A program made the position numbers and the translations under genes. The notes beneath the pieces were generated by a model that did no database searches, was not told the DNA's origin, and saw nothing but the letters and a program-made list of their open reading frames with translations. From a virus, in the IMG/VR virus record IMGVR_UViG_3300034072_002191, positions 1-64,000 of that record: 64,000 bases of DNA, one strand, 5' to 3'. Of the stretch, positions 44,418 through 53,738 are shown one piece after another (within the stretch, counting starts at the first letter, position 1; each line of letters opens with the position of its first letter).

Positions 44418-45385
44418 GCTGCCCTCCGGCGTGCATCGCTCGTGCGGCTGTCGATCGCTTGGCGAACATGCCGTTCGTCGAGCACGGATTCGGTCGCGAT
44501 CGCCGCCATGTTCGCGCTTTCGAGCACCTGGCGGATTTCGCGGAGGCCGCCATGGGCGGGCGAGAGCCCGATGCCCAACAGCGTGCGGATCATGTCCGGA
44601 TCGTCGATGTTGTTCGCATCGAGGAACGCACGGATGTCCTCTTCGAGCGGCACGTTCTGGATATGGAAATGGGCGATCCGGCTGTTGAGACGCGCATAGG
44701 CGTGGCGTTTCACGCCGCCCCGGATGCGCTCGACCAGCTCCTCATTGCCCAGCCAGCACACGCCGAGGCCGGTGCTGTCGTGCCAACCGCGGATCGTCTC
44801 CATGGAGTCGAGATCGAGGTGATTGGCCTCATCGACGATCAGCAGCACGCGCCGATGGCGAACGAACTCCTCGACCTGGGCGGACCGCTGGGCGACCCAG
44901 CCATTTGGGCTGGCCAGGCCCATGGCGCGCATCACGCGGGCGATCATGGCGCTGGGCGTGCGGTCGGTCTTGTTCAGCTCGACATAATAGACGCTGTCGC
45001 CCATCGCGGCCTTGTAATGGAGCGCGGCCTTCGTCTTGCCGGTGCCCGGCCCGAGCGCCGCAGCCGTCATGCGGCCCCCGTGCGCCCATTCCATCAAGAA
45101 CAGCAGCCGGTCGGCCGTCTTCGTCTCGATGAAGGAAACTTCGTTGAGGGCCAGTTCGGCGCGCGCCTCCTGGCTCTCGACCAGCTGCTTGAACGCGAAG
45201 ATCGCCTTGGCGACATTCTCGCGGTTGCCCTGGAAGCTCGGCGTTGCCCAGGACGAGACGCTGCCCGACGGCTTGTTCATGCGCTTCGCGAGCGCTGTCC
45301 AGCTCAGCGCGTTCTTCTCACGGTAGGCGCGCAGCCATTCGAGCATGTCCTCGAAACTGAGCTTGATGTTTGCAGGGTCGTTCAT
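44414..45385 (-). CDS. MuB-like AAA+ ATPase
   Basis: GPGTGKT Walker A; LIVDEANHL Walker B; follows MuA. Confidence 0.92.
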   Translation of the reverse strand: MNDPANIKLSFEDMLEWLRAYREKNALSWTALAKRMNKPSGSVSSWATPSFQGNRENVAKAIFAFKQLVESQEARAELALNEVSFIETKTADRLLFLMEWAHGGRMTAAALGPGTGKTKAALHYKAAMGDSVYYVELNKTDRTPSAMIARVMRAMGLASPNGWVAQRSAQVEEFVRHRRVLLIVDEANHLDLDSMETIRGWHDSTGLGVCWLGNEELVERIRGGVKRHAYARLNSRIAHFHIQNVPLEEDIRAFLDANNIDDPDMIRTLLGIGLSPAHGGLREIRQVLESANMAAIATESVLDERHVRQAIDSRTSDARRRAA

Positions 45386-45470
45386 GGTAGGTGCGTTCCT
45401 TGGGTGTTGTGGGGCTTCTGCCCCCGTGCCGGCCGCGTGCGAGGTTCCAGCTCGCGCGCGGCCAATTCCT

Positions 45471-47450
45471 TCATCCCTTCACGACGCGGAGACGGCGGGC
45501 GCCGGCTACCATCTGGTCGAGCGCTGCCCCGCGAGAGGCCTCTGAGACGTTGCTGGGAACCGCCTGAGCGGTGTGCTTGAGAGCTGCCGCCGTCTGGCCG
45601 CGCGAACGGACAGGGCGGATGGCGCCGGGCGATGGCAGCACCTCGACGGGCGTTGTCGCCGCTTGCAGCGCGGCCACCTGGTCGGCTTCGAGCAGGTCCA
45701 GCGCACGCTCCTGGTCCTTGACGGCGCGGCGGTGATCCTTCTCCAGCTTGGCGCGGCGCTTGGCCGCTGCCACGTCGAGAAAGCCGGTCGCTTCGATCAC
45801 GGGCGCCGAGCAAAGATAGCGGCCAGTGCGATCGTAGACGTGAAGCGGCGCCAGCAGATCGTCCGGATCGAACCGCACGGTCACCTTGTCACCTGCGATG
45901 CGGCCGAGCGCCTCGGTCCAGTAGCGGTTGCCGAACAGGTTGATCGCACCGGTCTTGCGATCGGTCGGCCGATCGTCGGCGGTCAGCAGCGCGAGCCGGC
46001 GCTGTTCCTCGGTCGCCTTGCGCACCGGGGACAGCGCATAGCTCTCGGCGAAGACATCGTCGAAGCTCCGGCCCGTATCGCGCGCCATCTCGGTCCGCCG
46101 ACCTGGTCGCGAGTTGTGCGCAGCGAACGCGGCCTCAACAACTTCCTTGAAGCGTTCGAGCGGGATAGCCCGCGACCCATAATTCTCCGGCTTCGCGTCG
46201 GGGCGGTTGCCCGTGTAGGCGCCTTCGAAGGCCGGATGCTTGGCGATCGCGTCGCAGAAGTCGCGGAACATGCGCTCGATCGGCTTCGACTGGCCGCGAT
46301 AGGGCTTGGCCCAATGCGTCTGCACGCCCAGCTGGGTGAGAATGCCCAGCGGCTCCTCGTCCCGGATCTTGAAGCGGAAGCGGGAGGTGGCGCCGCCAGT
46401 GATCCATTTGCTCGCGAAAGCACGGCCGTTGTCCAGCAGGATGCCGTCTGGAATTCCGTACCGCTCCAGCAGATGGGCGAGCGCCAGGCGCGTCTCGATT
46501 GCGCTCTCGGTCCGCCCGATCGACCATGCCAGGAACTTGCGGCTGAAAATGTCCTGGATGGCCACCATCATCGGGCGCGCGATCGTGCCGTCTGGCCACT
46601 CGACGAACACGTCCCAGCGATGGCCGTCGATGTTCACCAGTTCCATGGCGCGGAGGCCGGCGACGCTGCGCTGCTGCGCCGGTAGCATCCGCCGCAGCGC
46701 TTCATCCCCCTCGCGCCGCGCCACAACGACGCGCGGGTCGACCTCGCGGTCGAACTTCCGGCGCAGCGTCCGCTCGATCGGGAGCGCGATTCCGCGCGGT
46801 TGGCAAAAGTCCCGAAGCACGCGCTGATAGCAGCTTGAAAAGCTCGGCTTGGACGGGCGCAGATAGTCCGAGAGCAGCAACTGCCAGGCGCCTTCGTCGA
46901 CCTCCACTTCCTTGCCGCCGCCGCCGCGCCGCCGCGCCAGGTGGGGCAGCCGATCGGCCGCCGGAACACCGGCGACCAGCTCGCGCCACTGCCACAGCGT
47001 GGAGGGCGACTTGCCTTCGCGCTTGCCGATCGCGGCGATCGCGGCCGATGCGGTCATCCCGGCCTGTTCGAGCAGCGAAACCGCGTCCAGGATGCGCAGC
47101 CGCTCGGCCGCCTCCGCGCGGACATCGTCCGTCTGTCCCTCGAACCAGCGCCATAGCGAGGCGGCGGCCGATTCCGGCTGGGGGCTGGTATGCGCTACCG
47201 CCGAAACGCCCATGGCGATGATCGCCGACCGAGCCGCGATCGGGAGGACCGAGACGTGGTATTCTAGGCCACCGCCACGGGCGCCCACGCGCGGCCTGGC
47301 GAGCGGCGTGCCGTCGTCAGCCTGGCGCAGCGCCCAGCACTCTTCGACGGCACGCTCGTGGACCTTGCGCTTGGCGCGCGACAGCCCAGGCAGCGCCAGC
47401 TCCGCCAGCTCTGCCGCCGTGAACCACTCTTTTCCCCCACCCAATTTCAC
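45471..47450 (-). CDS. MuA-like DDE transposase
   Basis: EWFTAAEL N-terminal HTH; NIDGH, LDNGRAF, KPIER catalytic motifs; RFDP C-terminus. Confidence 0.97.
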   Translation of the reverse strand: MKLGGGKEWFTAAELAELALPGLSRAKRKVHERAVEECWALRQADDGTPLARPRVGARGGGLEYHVSVLPIAARSAIIAMGVSAVAHTSPQPESAAASLWRWFEGQTDDVRAEAAERLRILDAVSLLEQAGMTASAAIAAIGKREGKSPSTLWQWRELVAGVPAADRLPHLARRRGGGGKEVEVDEGAWQLLLSDYLRPSKPSFSSCYQRVLRDFCQPRGIALPIERTLRRKFDREVDPRVVVARREGDEALRRMLPAQQRSVAGLRAMELVNIDGHRWDVFVEWPDGTIARPMMVAIQDIFSRKFLAWSIGRTESAIETRLALAHLLERYGIPDGILLDNGRAFASKWITGGATSRFRFKIRDEEPLGILTQLGVQTHWAKPYRGQSKPIERMFRDFCDAIAKHPAFEGAYTGNRPDAKPENYGSRAIPLERFKEVVEAAFAAHNSRPGRRTEMARDTGRSFDDVFAESYALSPVRKATEEQRRLALLTADDRPTDRKTGAINLFGNRYWTEALGRIAGDKVTVRFDPDDLLAPLHVYDRTGRYLCSAPVIEATGFLDVAAAKRRAKLEKDHRRAVKDQERALDLLEADQVAALQAATTPVEVLPSPGAIRPVRSRGQTAAALKHTAQAVPSNVSEASRGAALDQMVAGARRLRVVKG

Positions 47451-47452
47451 GT

Positions 47453-47920
47453 TCAGTTCCTCCCGGTGGAGATCACGGGCGCGGCGCCAGCGAGGGCACG
47501 GCGTCGCCGCTTCAGCTCTTCCATTTGTCGGTCGATCTGGCCGAGTTCGGCCGTCAGGATTTCTTCCCCGACCAGCAGTGCGGCGCCGATGCGCCGGGTC
47601 AGCCGGTCGAGCAGGTCATGGCGTTCGGTGACGGCGGTCAGCGCCAGCAGCCGCGCGAACGAAATGGCGTGGTTCTCCCGCGCCTCGGACGCATAGGCAT
47701 CCAGCATTGCCTTCGAGACGTCGTCGTCGAGCAGCTCCGAAACCGCGCCGGCGAGCGCGAACCGCGAGCGGGTGTCTTCCTTGAGCATCACCGCGACGGT
47801 GGCCGCGATCTCGCGGTCCAGACCCGCCAGCGCGGACGCGGTCTTCGCCGGCTGCGGCACCTCGAAGGTGAACGCGAACTGGCCAGGCGGTACGGAGGGG
47901 CGGCGCTTACCCATTGTCAC
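47453..47920 (-). CDS. Phage regulatory protein upstream of MuA
   Basis: VSKAMLDAYASEARENH motif. Confidence 0.75.
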   Translation of the reverse strand: MTMGKRRPSVPPGQFAFTFEVPQPAKTASALAGLDREIAATVAVMLKEDTRSRFALAGAVSELLDDDVSKAMLDAYASEARENHAISFARLLALTAVTERHDLLDRLTRRIGAALLVGEEILTAELGQIDRQMEELKRRRRALAGAAPVISTGRN

Positions 47921-48674
47921 CCTTCAGCCGGCGCCGAAGCGTCTTTTCAGATGGGAGGTTTGGGTAGCGTTCCAGCAGCCACTGATAGGCACGGCGGAAG
48001 GACGGGTTGCCTGCGCCGCGCAGATAGCCTTGCAGCGCCTCTAGCGCTTCGCTTTCAACATGCGCTCGTTTGCCTCCACCCTTGTATCGCGGACACAGTT
48101 GCTGGGCACGGTCATTGACCCCCAAACCGGCAACACGGCTGAACCAACTGGAGATGCTGCGGCCGGAAACCTTATGGTTGCTCGCGACCAAACCGATAGC
48201 CGCTCCCTTCGGGATGCCCGTGCTGACCAGTTGTTCGACCTCCGCGAGGATGCCTGCGCGGCGGCGTGCGATGAACTCGAAGGGAGTCGGCGTCTGCCAA
48301 GGGCTGGATCCGCGAACGGCATCCGCGTTGTGCTCGTGCATAATGGCGCGTAGGCACGCATCCCGGTATTTCCGGCTCGCCCAGGGCGGGCAGCGCGGCA
48401 CGAGCCCAGCAGCGTAGACTTGGTCGGCGAACGACGGATCGTAGACTTTCAGCAGGTATGAGGTCCGACCGAGCCGAACTGCCTCTACCCATTCATGTGC
48501 GGGGATCTTCCAAAGAAAGCGCTGGGCGAACTGCTTGCGCTTCTCAGACTCACCAATTCGTTGGTCGAAGTGAGACATTGCGACAGAGCGACACCAGCGC
48601 AAAGATGCGATCTCGCGCGTCTCTCGCTCGATCATCGCATTTGCGAGGACGATGCTAGATTGGCGACCGCTCAT
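47907..48674 (-). CDS. Protein with a C-terminal copy of the MuA end-binding (I-beta/gamma) domain and no catalytic core
   Basis: Aligns by eye with about residues 110-230 of the adjacent transposase. Confidence 0.75.
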   Translation of the reverse strand: MSGRQSSIVLANAMIERETREIASLRWCRSVAMSHFDQRIGESEKRKQFAQRFLWKIPAHEWVEAVRLGRTSYLLKVYDPSFADQVYAAGLVPRCPPWASRKYRDACLRAIMHEHNADAVRGSSPWQTPTPFEFIARRRAGILAEVEQLVSTGIPKGAAIGLVASNHKVSGRSISSWFSRVAGLGVNDRAQQLCPRYKGGGKRAHVESEALEALQGYLRGAGNPSFRRAYQWLLERYPNLPSEKTLRRRLKGDNG

Positions 48675-48943
48675 GCCATTGCTCCTGCGTTGGCGTCGCG
48701 GCCGGCCTCCTCGGCCGCGACTGGGGGCAGTTGGACGTCGCCGGTGGTGCGACCCGAGGCGGCGACAGAGGCGTCCAGGGGGATCGGGTGCGTGGCAGCG
48801 AGCTGCGCCACGGAACGGTGATCAAGAAACGGATAGGAGCCGTCCCGCGCGCGGGCAGGCCGGCCGGCACCTTCCAGGAAGGCGACCAGGCGCTCGACGC
48901 GCGCGGGGGTCAGATCGGTTGGGGCGCCGCGAAGATTGCTCAT
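48671..48943 (-). CDS. Hypothetical protein
   Basis: ATGA coupling. Confidence 0.5.
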   Translation of the reverse strand: MSNLRGAPTDLTPARVERLVAFLEGAGRPARARDGSYPFLDHRSVAQLAATHPIPLDASVAASGRTTGDVQLPPVAAEEAGRDANAGAMA

Positions 48944-49236
48944 GCGTCGGTCCCTTCGTCACGCTCGCCCAGCAGCGCGCAGGTGCGCGCATAGGCTTCG
49001 GTTGCAGACCGCTCAGCGCGCCGGCCGGCGGCGATGCGGTCGAGAAACTCGGTCTCCGGCGCCGTGACGGCGACCACCCGCCCGCGCAGCGCTTCGATGC
49101 GCTGCTGGCGATCGCGGATGCGGTCCAACGACAGGTTCGTCCGGGCACGTTCCATCGACGTGCGGTCCTGGACGGCACGCTGGAACACGAGGCGGCACTG
49201 CCGCAGGCGCTCGGCCTCGGACACCTGGCGGGCCAT
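48940..49236 (-). CDS. Hypothetical protein
   Basis: Coupled at both ends. Confidence 0.55.
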   Translation of the reverse strand: MARQVSEAERLRQCRLVFQRAVQDRTSMERARTNLSLDRIRDRQQRIEALRGRVVAVTAPETEFLDRIAAGRRAERSATEAYARTCALLGERDEGTDA

Positions 49237-49688
49237 CACTGCGCACCACCCAGCGGCTGCTGGTGGCTGCAGCCTACGTCGCCGCGAACGCCGCAACGGG
49301 GGCAGGGCTCGCGGGACGCCGCGTAGCGCGGGCCGCCGAGATCGACGACCAGGCCGAGCGCCCCGGCATCGGCGAACCGCCGGCCGCCAAGCGCTTTCAC
49401 ATAGGCGTCGGACGCGCTCGCGGCGGCCTTTTCCCAAGCATCGGGGAAATAGTCGTGGTTCGCCACGCGCGCGCCGCCAGCGCGGGCGCGGGCATCGCGG
49501 CGCTGGCGATCCTTCTTCCAGGCGTCGATCGCGCCGCGCAGCCGCGCCAGCGTCGTCGGCTTCGGCGAATCGGCCAGCCGCATGCTTTGAATGGTCGACA
49601 TCGGGAAGCCGGTGACGCGGCAGAACTCCGCCAGCTTCGCTTGGTCACGCGCCAGCAGCGCGTCGAGGTGCGACAGCAGCGCGCTCAC
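49236..49688 (-). CDS. HTH plus CPRCG zinc-ribbon hypothetical protein
   Basis: LAEFCRVTG...; REPCPRCGVRGDVGC. Confidence 0.6.
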   Translation of the reverse strand: MSALLSHLDALLARDQAKLAEFCRVTGFPMSTIQSMRLADSPKPTTLARLRGAIDAWKKDRQRRDARARAGGARVANHDYFPDAWEKAAASASDAYVKALGGRRFADAGALGLVVDLGGPRYAASREPCPRCGVRGDVGCSHQQPLGGAQ

Positions 49689-50206
49689 CGCCGCGTCTCC
49701 GCTTCGTCCTTGGCCTGCCCGAATGCTTCCTGGTACCGGAGCGCATCGTCATGATCTTCGGTCATGCAGGCGATGCGATGGGTCTGCTGCAGGAGCTGCT
49801 GGGTTGCGGGACTGATCTTCGTCCAGTGGTTCCAGCAGAAGGCGTGCCCTCGCCGAACGGGAACATCGCATCCGACCGCCGCGCATGGCGTCGACCCGCC
49901 GCCGCGCGGACGGTGCGCGGGCCTGAGAAGTGCGCCGGGCGTCACGCCGCGCCGGGCCAGTTCGGCGCGCAGCAGCTCGGTATCGACGGTCAGCAGGTCG
50001 ACCGTGTCGCCCGCCAGCTCGATCCCGCGATCGCGGTTGGGCAACCGCCGGACCTTGCCGGCGCGTTCGAGCTGATCGACGTAGCGGTGCGCGTTGGCCT
50101 TCGTCGTCTCGAACCGCGCGCCGATCTCCTGATAGGTCGGCGCGAAGCCAGCGCACGTGATGCGGTCGCGGATGAAGTCGAGCACTTCCACCTGGCGCGG
50201 GGTCAT
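49685..50206 (-). CDS. LexA DNA-binding-domain protein lacking the peptidase, with a C-terminal Cys/His motif
   Basis: MTPRQ...GFAPTYQEI...RRLPNRDRGIE; CAAVGC...FCWNHW. Confidence 0.8.
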   Translation of the reverse strand: MTPRQVEVLDFIRDRITCAGFAPTYQEIGARFETTKANAHRYVDQLERAGKVRRLPNRDRGIELAGDTVDLLTVDTELLRAELARRGVTPGALLRPAHRPRGGGSTPCAAVGCDVPVRRGHAFCWNHWTKISPATQQLLQQTHRIACMTEDHDDALRYQEAFGQAKDEAETRR

Positions 50207-50418
50207 TGCAGCATCCCCCAGACGAGGACGCTCCAGGGCACGACGTTGGCCGCGATCAGCATCGCCAGGAACAGCCAGTCGCCACACCGCATAGTGGGCA
50301 AGCCGGCGGGGAGAATGTACGCGCCGGTGCATTCGAACGCGCTGCAGTTCGGGCAGCCTCCAAAGTCCGCTTCCAGGGTGAACTGGCGGCAGCGCGGGCA
50401 GATCTCAGCGTTGCTCAT
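50203..50418 (-). CDS. Small zinc-ribbon plus TM protein
   Basis: CPRC..CPNC and hydrophobic C-terminus. Confidence 0.5.
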   Translation of the reverse strand: MSNAEICPRCRQFTLEADFGGCPNCSAFECTGAYILPAGLPTMRCGDWLFLAMLIAANVVPWSVLVWGMLQ

Positions 50419-51404
50419 TGGTCGATTGCTCCTGATCCACGGCGCATCGGCGCCAGCAGCTTCTGGGCTTCGGTCGGCAGTAGGGCGTGGAAGTCCGGGG
50501 ACTGGAGCAGGCCCAGCCGCTCGCGAGCATCCATGCGGGAGAGGGTGCCGATGATCGTCGCGAACCGCTTCGCGCGCGGATCGCCAACCGGTCGGTTGGT
50601 GCCGCGCACCAGCTGGAGCGCGTCGGAGACGGACTTCGCGGCGTTGCCATAGCCGTGATCGATCATCCGACTGGCAACACGCTCTTGCTCGTCCCGTGGC
50701 AACTTGGTGAGCTGGCGCAGCTGAGCCGCATTTCTCAGCACCGGATGCCGGGCCTCGCGGAACAGGGCGATCACCGATGGGGCGAGCCCGCGATAGAGAG
50801 CCAGATCATTCCGGATCGTGCGGTCCGAGAAGCCCAGTTCCGCGCCCACTTCACGCGACCAGCCATAGACGTTGGAAATTGTTTCCAACGTCCGCTCTGC
50901 TTCCGCTTTCACGGCGCGCGGGACCGAAAGCTCGCGGTGCTCCACGTCCTTGATGCCGGCCTGAGATCGCTTGAGCATCACCAGCTCGGCGATGAACGCG
51001 GCGCGGTCGATGGGGTCGAGATCTCGACGCCACAGATTTTCGGTGACCTCGCGCATGCGGCGATGGGCACGGGACCCTGAAACTTCACGAGCCTCGATTA
51101 GCTCGATCCCGGCCAGCTCGGCGCCGGCATGCCGATGCGCGCCTGCTACCAGGAGCCACCCAGGCTGGCCTTTCTCGCGGCAGATCTCGATCGGCGTCTG
51201 CTGGCCTTCGCGCGCCATGATGTTGCCGAGTGCCTCAGCCCACACGGGGTCGATTGGCCGCAGTCGCTCACCTCGGCGGATTTCCGAGACGGGAACCAGA
51301 AGGATCTCGCCGGCAATAGCAGGGAGTATTTCAGCGTCGGCAGCTGGGACGATGTCGTTCTGGACAGTCTGGACCGAAAGATCGGTGGCGGATGCAGTGT
51401 TCAT
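50415..51404 (-). CDS. ParB N-terminal-domain protein
   Basis: GQQTPIEI...LVAGAHR...ENLWRRDL. Confidence 0.88.
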   Translation of the reverse strand: MNTASATDLSVQTVQNDIVPAADAEILPAIAGEILLVPVSEIRRGERLRPIDPVWAEALGNIMAREGQQTPIEICREKGQPGWLLVAGAHRHAGAELAGIELIEAREVSGSRAHRRMREVTENLWRRDLDPIDRAAFIAELVMLKRSQAGIKDVEHRELSVPRAVKAEAERTLETISNVYGWSREVGAELGFSDRTIRNDLALYRGLAPSVIALFREARHPVLRNAAQLRQLTKLPRDEQERVASRMIDHGYGNAAKSVSDALQLVRGTNRPVGDPRAKRFATIIGTLSRMDARERLGLLQSPDFHALLPTEAQKLLAPMRRGSGAIDQ

Positions 51405-51769
51405 GCTCCGACACCCCGCGTCTGATCCAGGTGCTTCCAGATTCGGCCAAGCGCGCTGCGCGAAGGGGCACGTTCCGGCCCGAACTCGGCCGAAATGACC
51501 CCTACCGCTTGCTCCAAAGGCATCTGCCGATGGAGGCGAATGACCATCTCCCGGACAGGTAAGTCCGACCAAACCTTCGGATAGCGTTGAGACCGGAGTT
51601 CGCCGTCCTGGCGGCAGAGTCGGAAGACCGGCGGCGAGTAGGTAACCGCGATCGCATAGCCACGGCTTTCCACGACAGTTTGCGTGGCAAGGAGGCGCTC
51701 AAGCTGAGCGATGCGGCGATCCAGCGCTTCCCAGCGCGCGGCGTCTGAGCTGTTCGAGGCCATGTTCAA
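51401..51769 (-). CDS. Hypothetical HTH-like protein
   Basis: APSRSALGRIW; coupled to ner. Confidence 0.6.
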   Translation of the reverse strand: MNMASNSSDAARWEALDRRIAQLERLLATQTVVESRGYAIAVTYSPPVFRLCRQDGELRSQRYPKVWSDLPVREMVIRLHRQMPLEQAVGVISAEFGPERAPSRSALGRIWKHLDQTRGVGA

Positions 51770-52014
51770 CGCCCGCCAGCATTTAGACGATGCGGGCGAC
51801 GACGCTTTTCGCTACCGTCCAACTTCATGGAATCGGCCTCATCCTGGAGAACCTCTTCGATCGCTTCGCGCACGCGGCGGCTCGTTCGCCCGCGAAAGAG
51901 ATCGCTCACGCCCGTCTTCGGCAGGCCCTTCGCTTCGATGAAGGCAGCGACAGTCCGGTACCGTTTCCTCAGCACCGCCTTCACGTCCTCCGGATGGGTC
52001 CGGTCCAACATCAT
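51766..52014 (-). CDS. ner: Ner-like repressor
   Basis: HPEDVKAVLRKRY; divergent from the repressor. Confidence 0.85.
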   Translation of the reverse strand: MMLDRTHPEDVKAVLRKRYRTVAAFIEAKGLPKTGVSDLFRGRTSRRVREAIEEVLQDEADSMKLDGSEKRRRPHRLNAGGR

Positions 52015-52035
52015 GGGTCAACCTTCCAACTCTTT

Positions 52036-52094
52036 GTCCCTATTTGTTGGACCATGCCCCATTATATTGGGCCTGCCAACCCATAATTGTGGAC
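52036..52094. promoter_or_regulatory. Three 17-bp operator-like dyads between ner and the repressor
   Basis: GTCCCTATTTGTTGGAC (52036), GCCCCATTATATTGGGC (52056), AACCCATAATTGTGGAC (52078). Confidence 0.65.
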
Positions 52095-52101
52095 CTGCCG
52101 C

Positions 52102-52806
52102 ATGATCGAGGGTGCGCCGCAGCGATTGCGCGAGGAGAGGGAGCGCCTTGGGCTGAACCAGCGAGATGCGGCAGCACTCGGATCAGTCAGCAAAAACACA
52201 CAGTTAGCTTATGAGAGTGGGTCCTCTCCGATTCCGCTTAGCTATCTGGGTCTGATCGGCCTGAAGGGATTCGACGTCAGCTACATCGTCCTTGGCGTGC
52301 CGGCGGCAGATAGCCCGCGCCGACAGCTGCACGACGAAATGAGGGCTTCATTGGCGCGGTCAACAGCGCCGGCTACGGCTGCGCCGCGTGCCGATGATCT
52401 TGATTTGGTTGAGGTCCACGAAATTGACCTCGCCTATGGTCTGGGCGGCACCTTTTCCGATTTGCCGGTAGAAACCCAGGTGCTTCATTTCCCCCGGACC
52501 TGGCTTGAGACAATTACGAAGACGCCGCCTTCGCAGCTGACCTTTGCGCATGGCCGGGGCGACTCCATGATGCCAACCATGATGGATGGCGACATTGTGC
52601 TCATCGACCGCTCACAGCGCACCGTACGAGAACAGGACGCAATATGGGCGTTCACAGTCGGAGACATCGCAATGATCAAGCGACTTCGTATCCGCAGCGA
52701 AACGGTTCACATTCTGTCCGACAATGATCGGGTTCCGCCCGACGAAGCGCATCCCGAAGAGGTTAACGTCGTCGGGCGTGTAGTTTTCATTGGCCGCCGG
52801 ATCTGA
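52102..52806 (+). CDS. Repressor of the Mu-like phage (XRE HTH + S24 peptidase)
   Basis: RLREERERLGLNQ; GDSMMPT; IKRL. Confidence 0.92.
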   Translation: MIEGAPQRLREERERLGLNQRDAAALGSVSKNTQLAYESGSSPIPLSYLGLIGLKGFDVSYIVLGVPAADSPRRQLHDEMRASLARSTAPATAAPRADDLDLVEVHEIDLAYGLGGTFSDLPVETQVLHFPRTWLETITKTPPSQLTFAHGRGDSMMPTMMDGDIVLIDRSQRTVREQDAIWAFTVGDIAMIKRLRIRSETVHILSDNDRVPPDEAHPEEVNVVGRVVFIGRRI

Positions 52807-52816
52807 GGGAACGATA

Positions 52817-53320
52817 ATGCTGTTGCTTGGGCTCACCGCCATGGTCCTCGGCCAGACAGGACCGGTCGTCGTGCGACGTAAAGATCCGATAACCGACCAG
52901 GCAGCAGTTGTCGCCGCGTGGGAAGCCAATGGCTCGGCGATAGCTGTTGGCTGCACTCCAGCCACGAACACCATTAGGGTGATCTATATGGCTGAGCGGC
53001 ACTATTTCGGGCGCACTGGCCTTCTTACAAGCGCGTGGGGACTTACGTATCGCTTCGATGAAAGCGAGCCGGTTTCCCAAGATTGGTTGCATGATGACCA
53101 CACTGCCGAAATGTCCGGAAGTGGCCGGATCGCTCCATTCATCGACAAGCTAGCAACGTCGAAGCGTCTTGTGATCAGGGCAAAAGAGAACTTCGGGCGC
53201 GGCGACTCATTCGACGCCATATTCGATTTGGGAGATGCGCTTCCTGCGTTGAAGGAGGTTCTTCGTGAGTGCCGTACGAACAAGATCGTGGGGAAGCTAA
53301 CTGTTAAATTTGGGCTTTAG
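52817..53320 (+). CDS. Exported hypothetical protein, probably co-transcribed with the repressor
   Basis: Short hydrophobic N-terminus; DPITD and YRFD motifs; lower GC. Confidence 0.7.
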   Translation: MLLLGLTAMVLGQTGPVVVRRKDPITDQAAVVAAWEANGSAIAVGCTPATNTIRVIYMAERHYFGRTGLLTSAWGLTYRFDESEPVSQDWLHDDHTAEMSGSGRIAPFIDKLATSKRLVIRAKENFGRGDSFDAIFDLGDALPALKEVLRECRTNKIVGKLTVKFGL

Positions 53321-53339
53321 TTAGAAGGCAGTAATTCCG

Positions 53340-53504
53340 ATGGACGTCGACAAGGCCATAGAAGCCGCAGCTCGCGCGCTATGCCGATTAGCCGGCAACC
53401 CGGAGAACACCCGCTTCGAAGGTAAGCCGATGTGGCAGAGCTACATCCCGGAAGCGACCGCCGCGATCACGGCCGCTCTGCCCTTCATCCAGGGCCACAA
53501 CTAG
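53340..53504 (+). CDS. 54-aa protein homologous to the ORF at 1-345
   Basis: EAAARALCRLAGNPENTRFEGKPMWQSYIPEA; not in the ORF track. Confidence 0.7.
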   Translation: MDVDKAIEAAARALCRLAGNPENTRFEGKPMWQSYIPEATAAITAALPFIQGHN

Positions 53505-53505
53505 C

Positions 53506-53619
53506 GTGGCTCGCTCGGTCCTCGGTCGGCTTGAGGCCAGCATCATGGGCGCCCTGGTGATCGCCGCGATGATCGGCACGATCGTTGGGGCGGTTCGGAT
53601 GCTTAGCCTGGTGCGATAG
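53506..53619 (+). CDS. 37-aa single-TM micro-protein
   Basis: GTG one nt after the previous stop; IMGALVIAAMIGTIVGAV. Confidence 0.4.
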   Translation: MARSVLGRLEASIMGALVIAAMIGTIVGAVRMLSLVR

Positions 53620-53710
53620 GGGTCCCACTTCAGCGAATCCGCATATGTTGGAAGGCATCACCGAAAGTGGCAGATTTCCGTGATTTCTGCGCCTCAGACA
53701 GCAAAGACGC

Positions 53711-53738
53711 AAAGTGGGACCCGTTGAGGTCCCACTTT
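53711..53738. repeat. Perfect 11-bp inverted repeat AAAGTGGGACC/GGTCCCACTTT; extra half-site at 53621-53630
   Basis: Direct reading. Confidence 0.8.
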
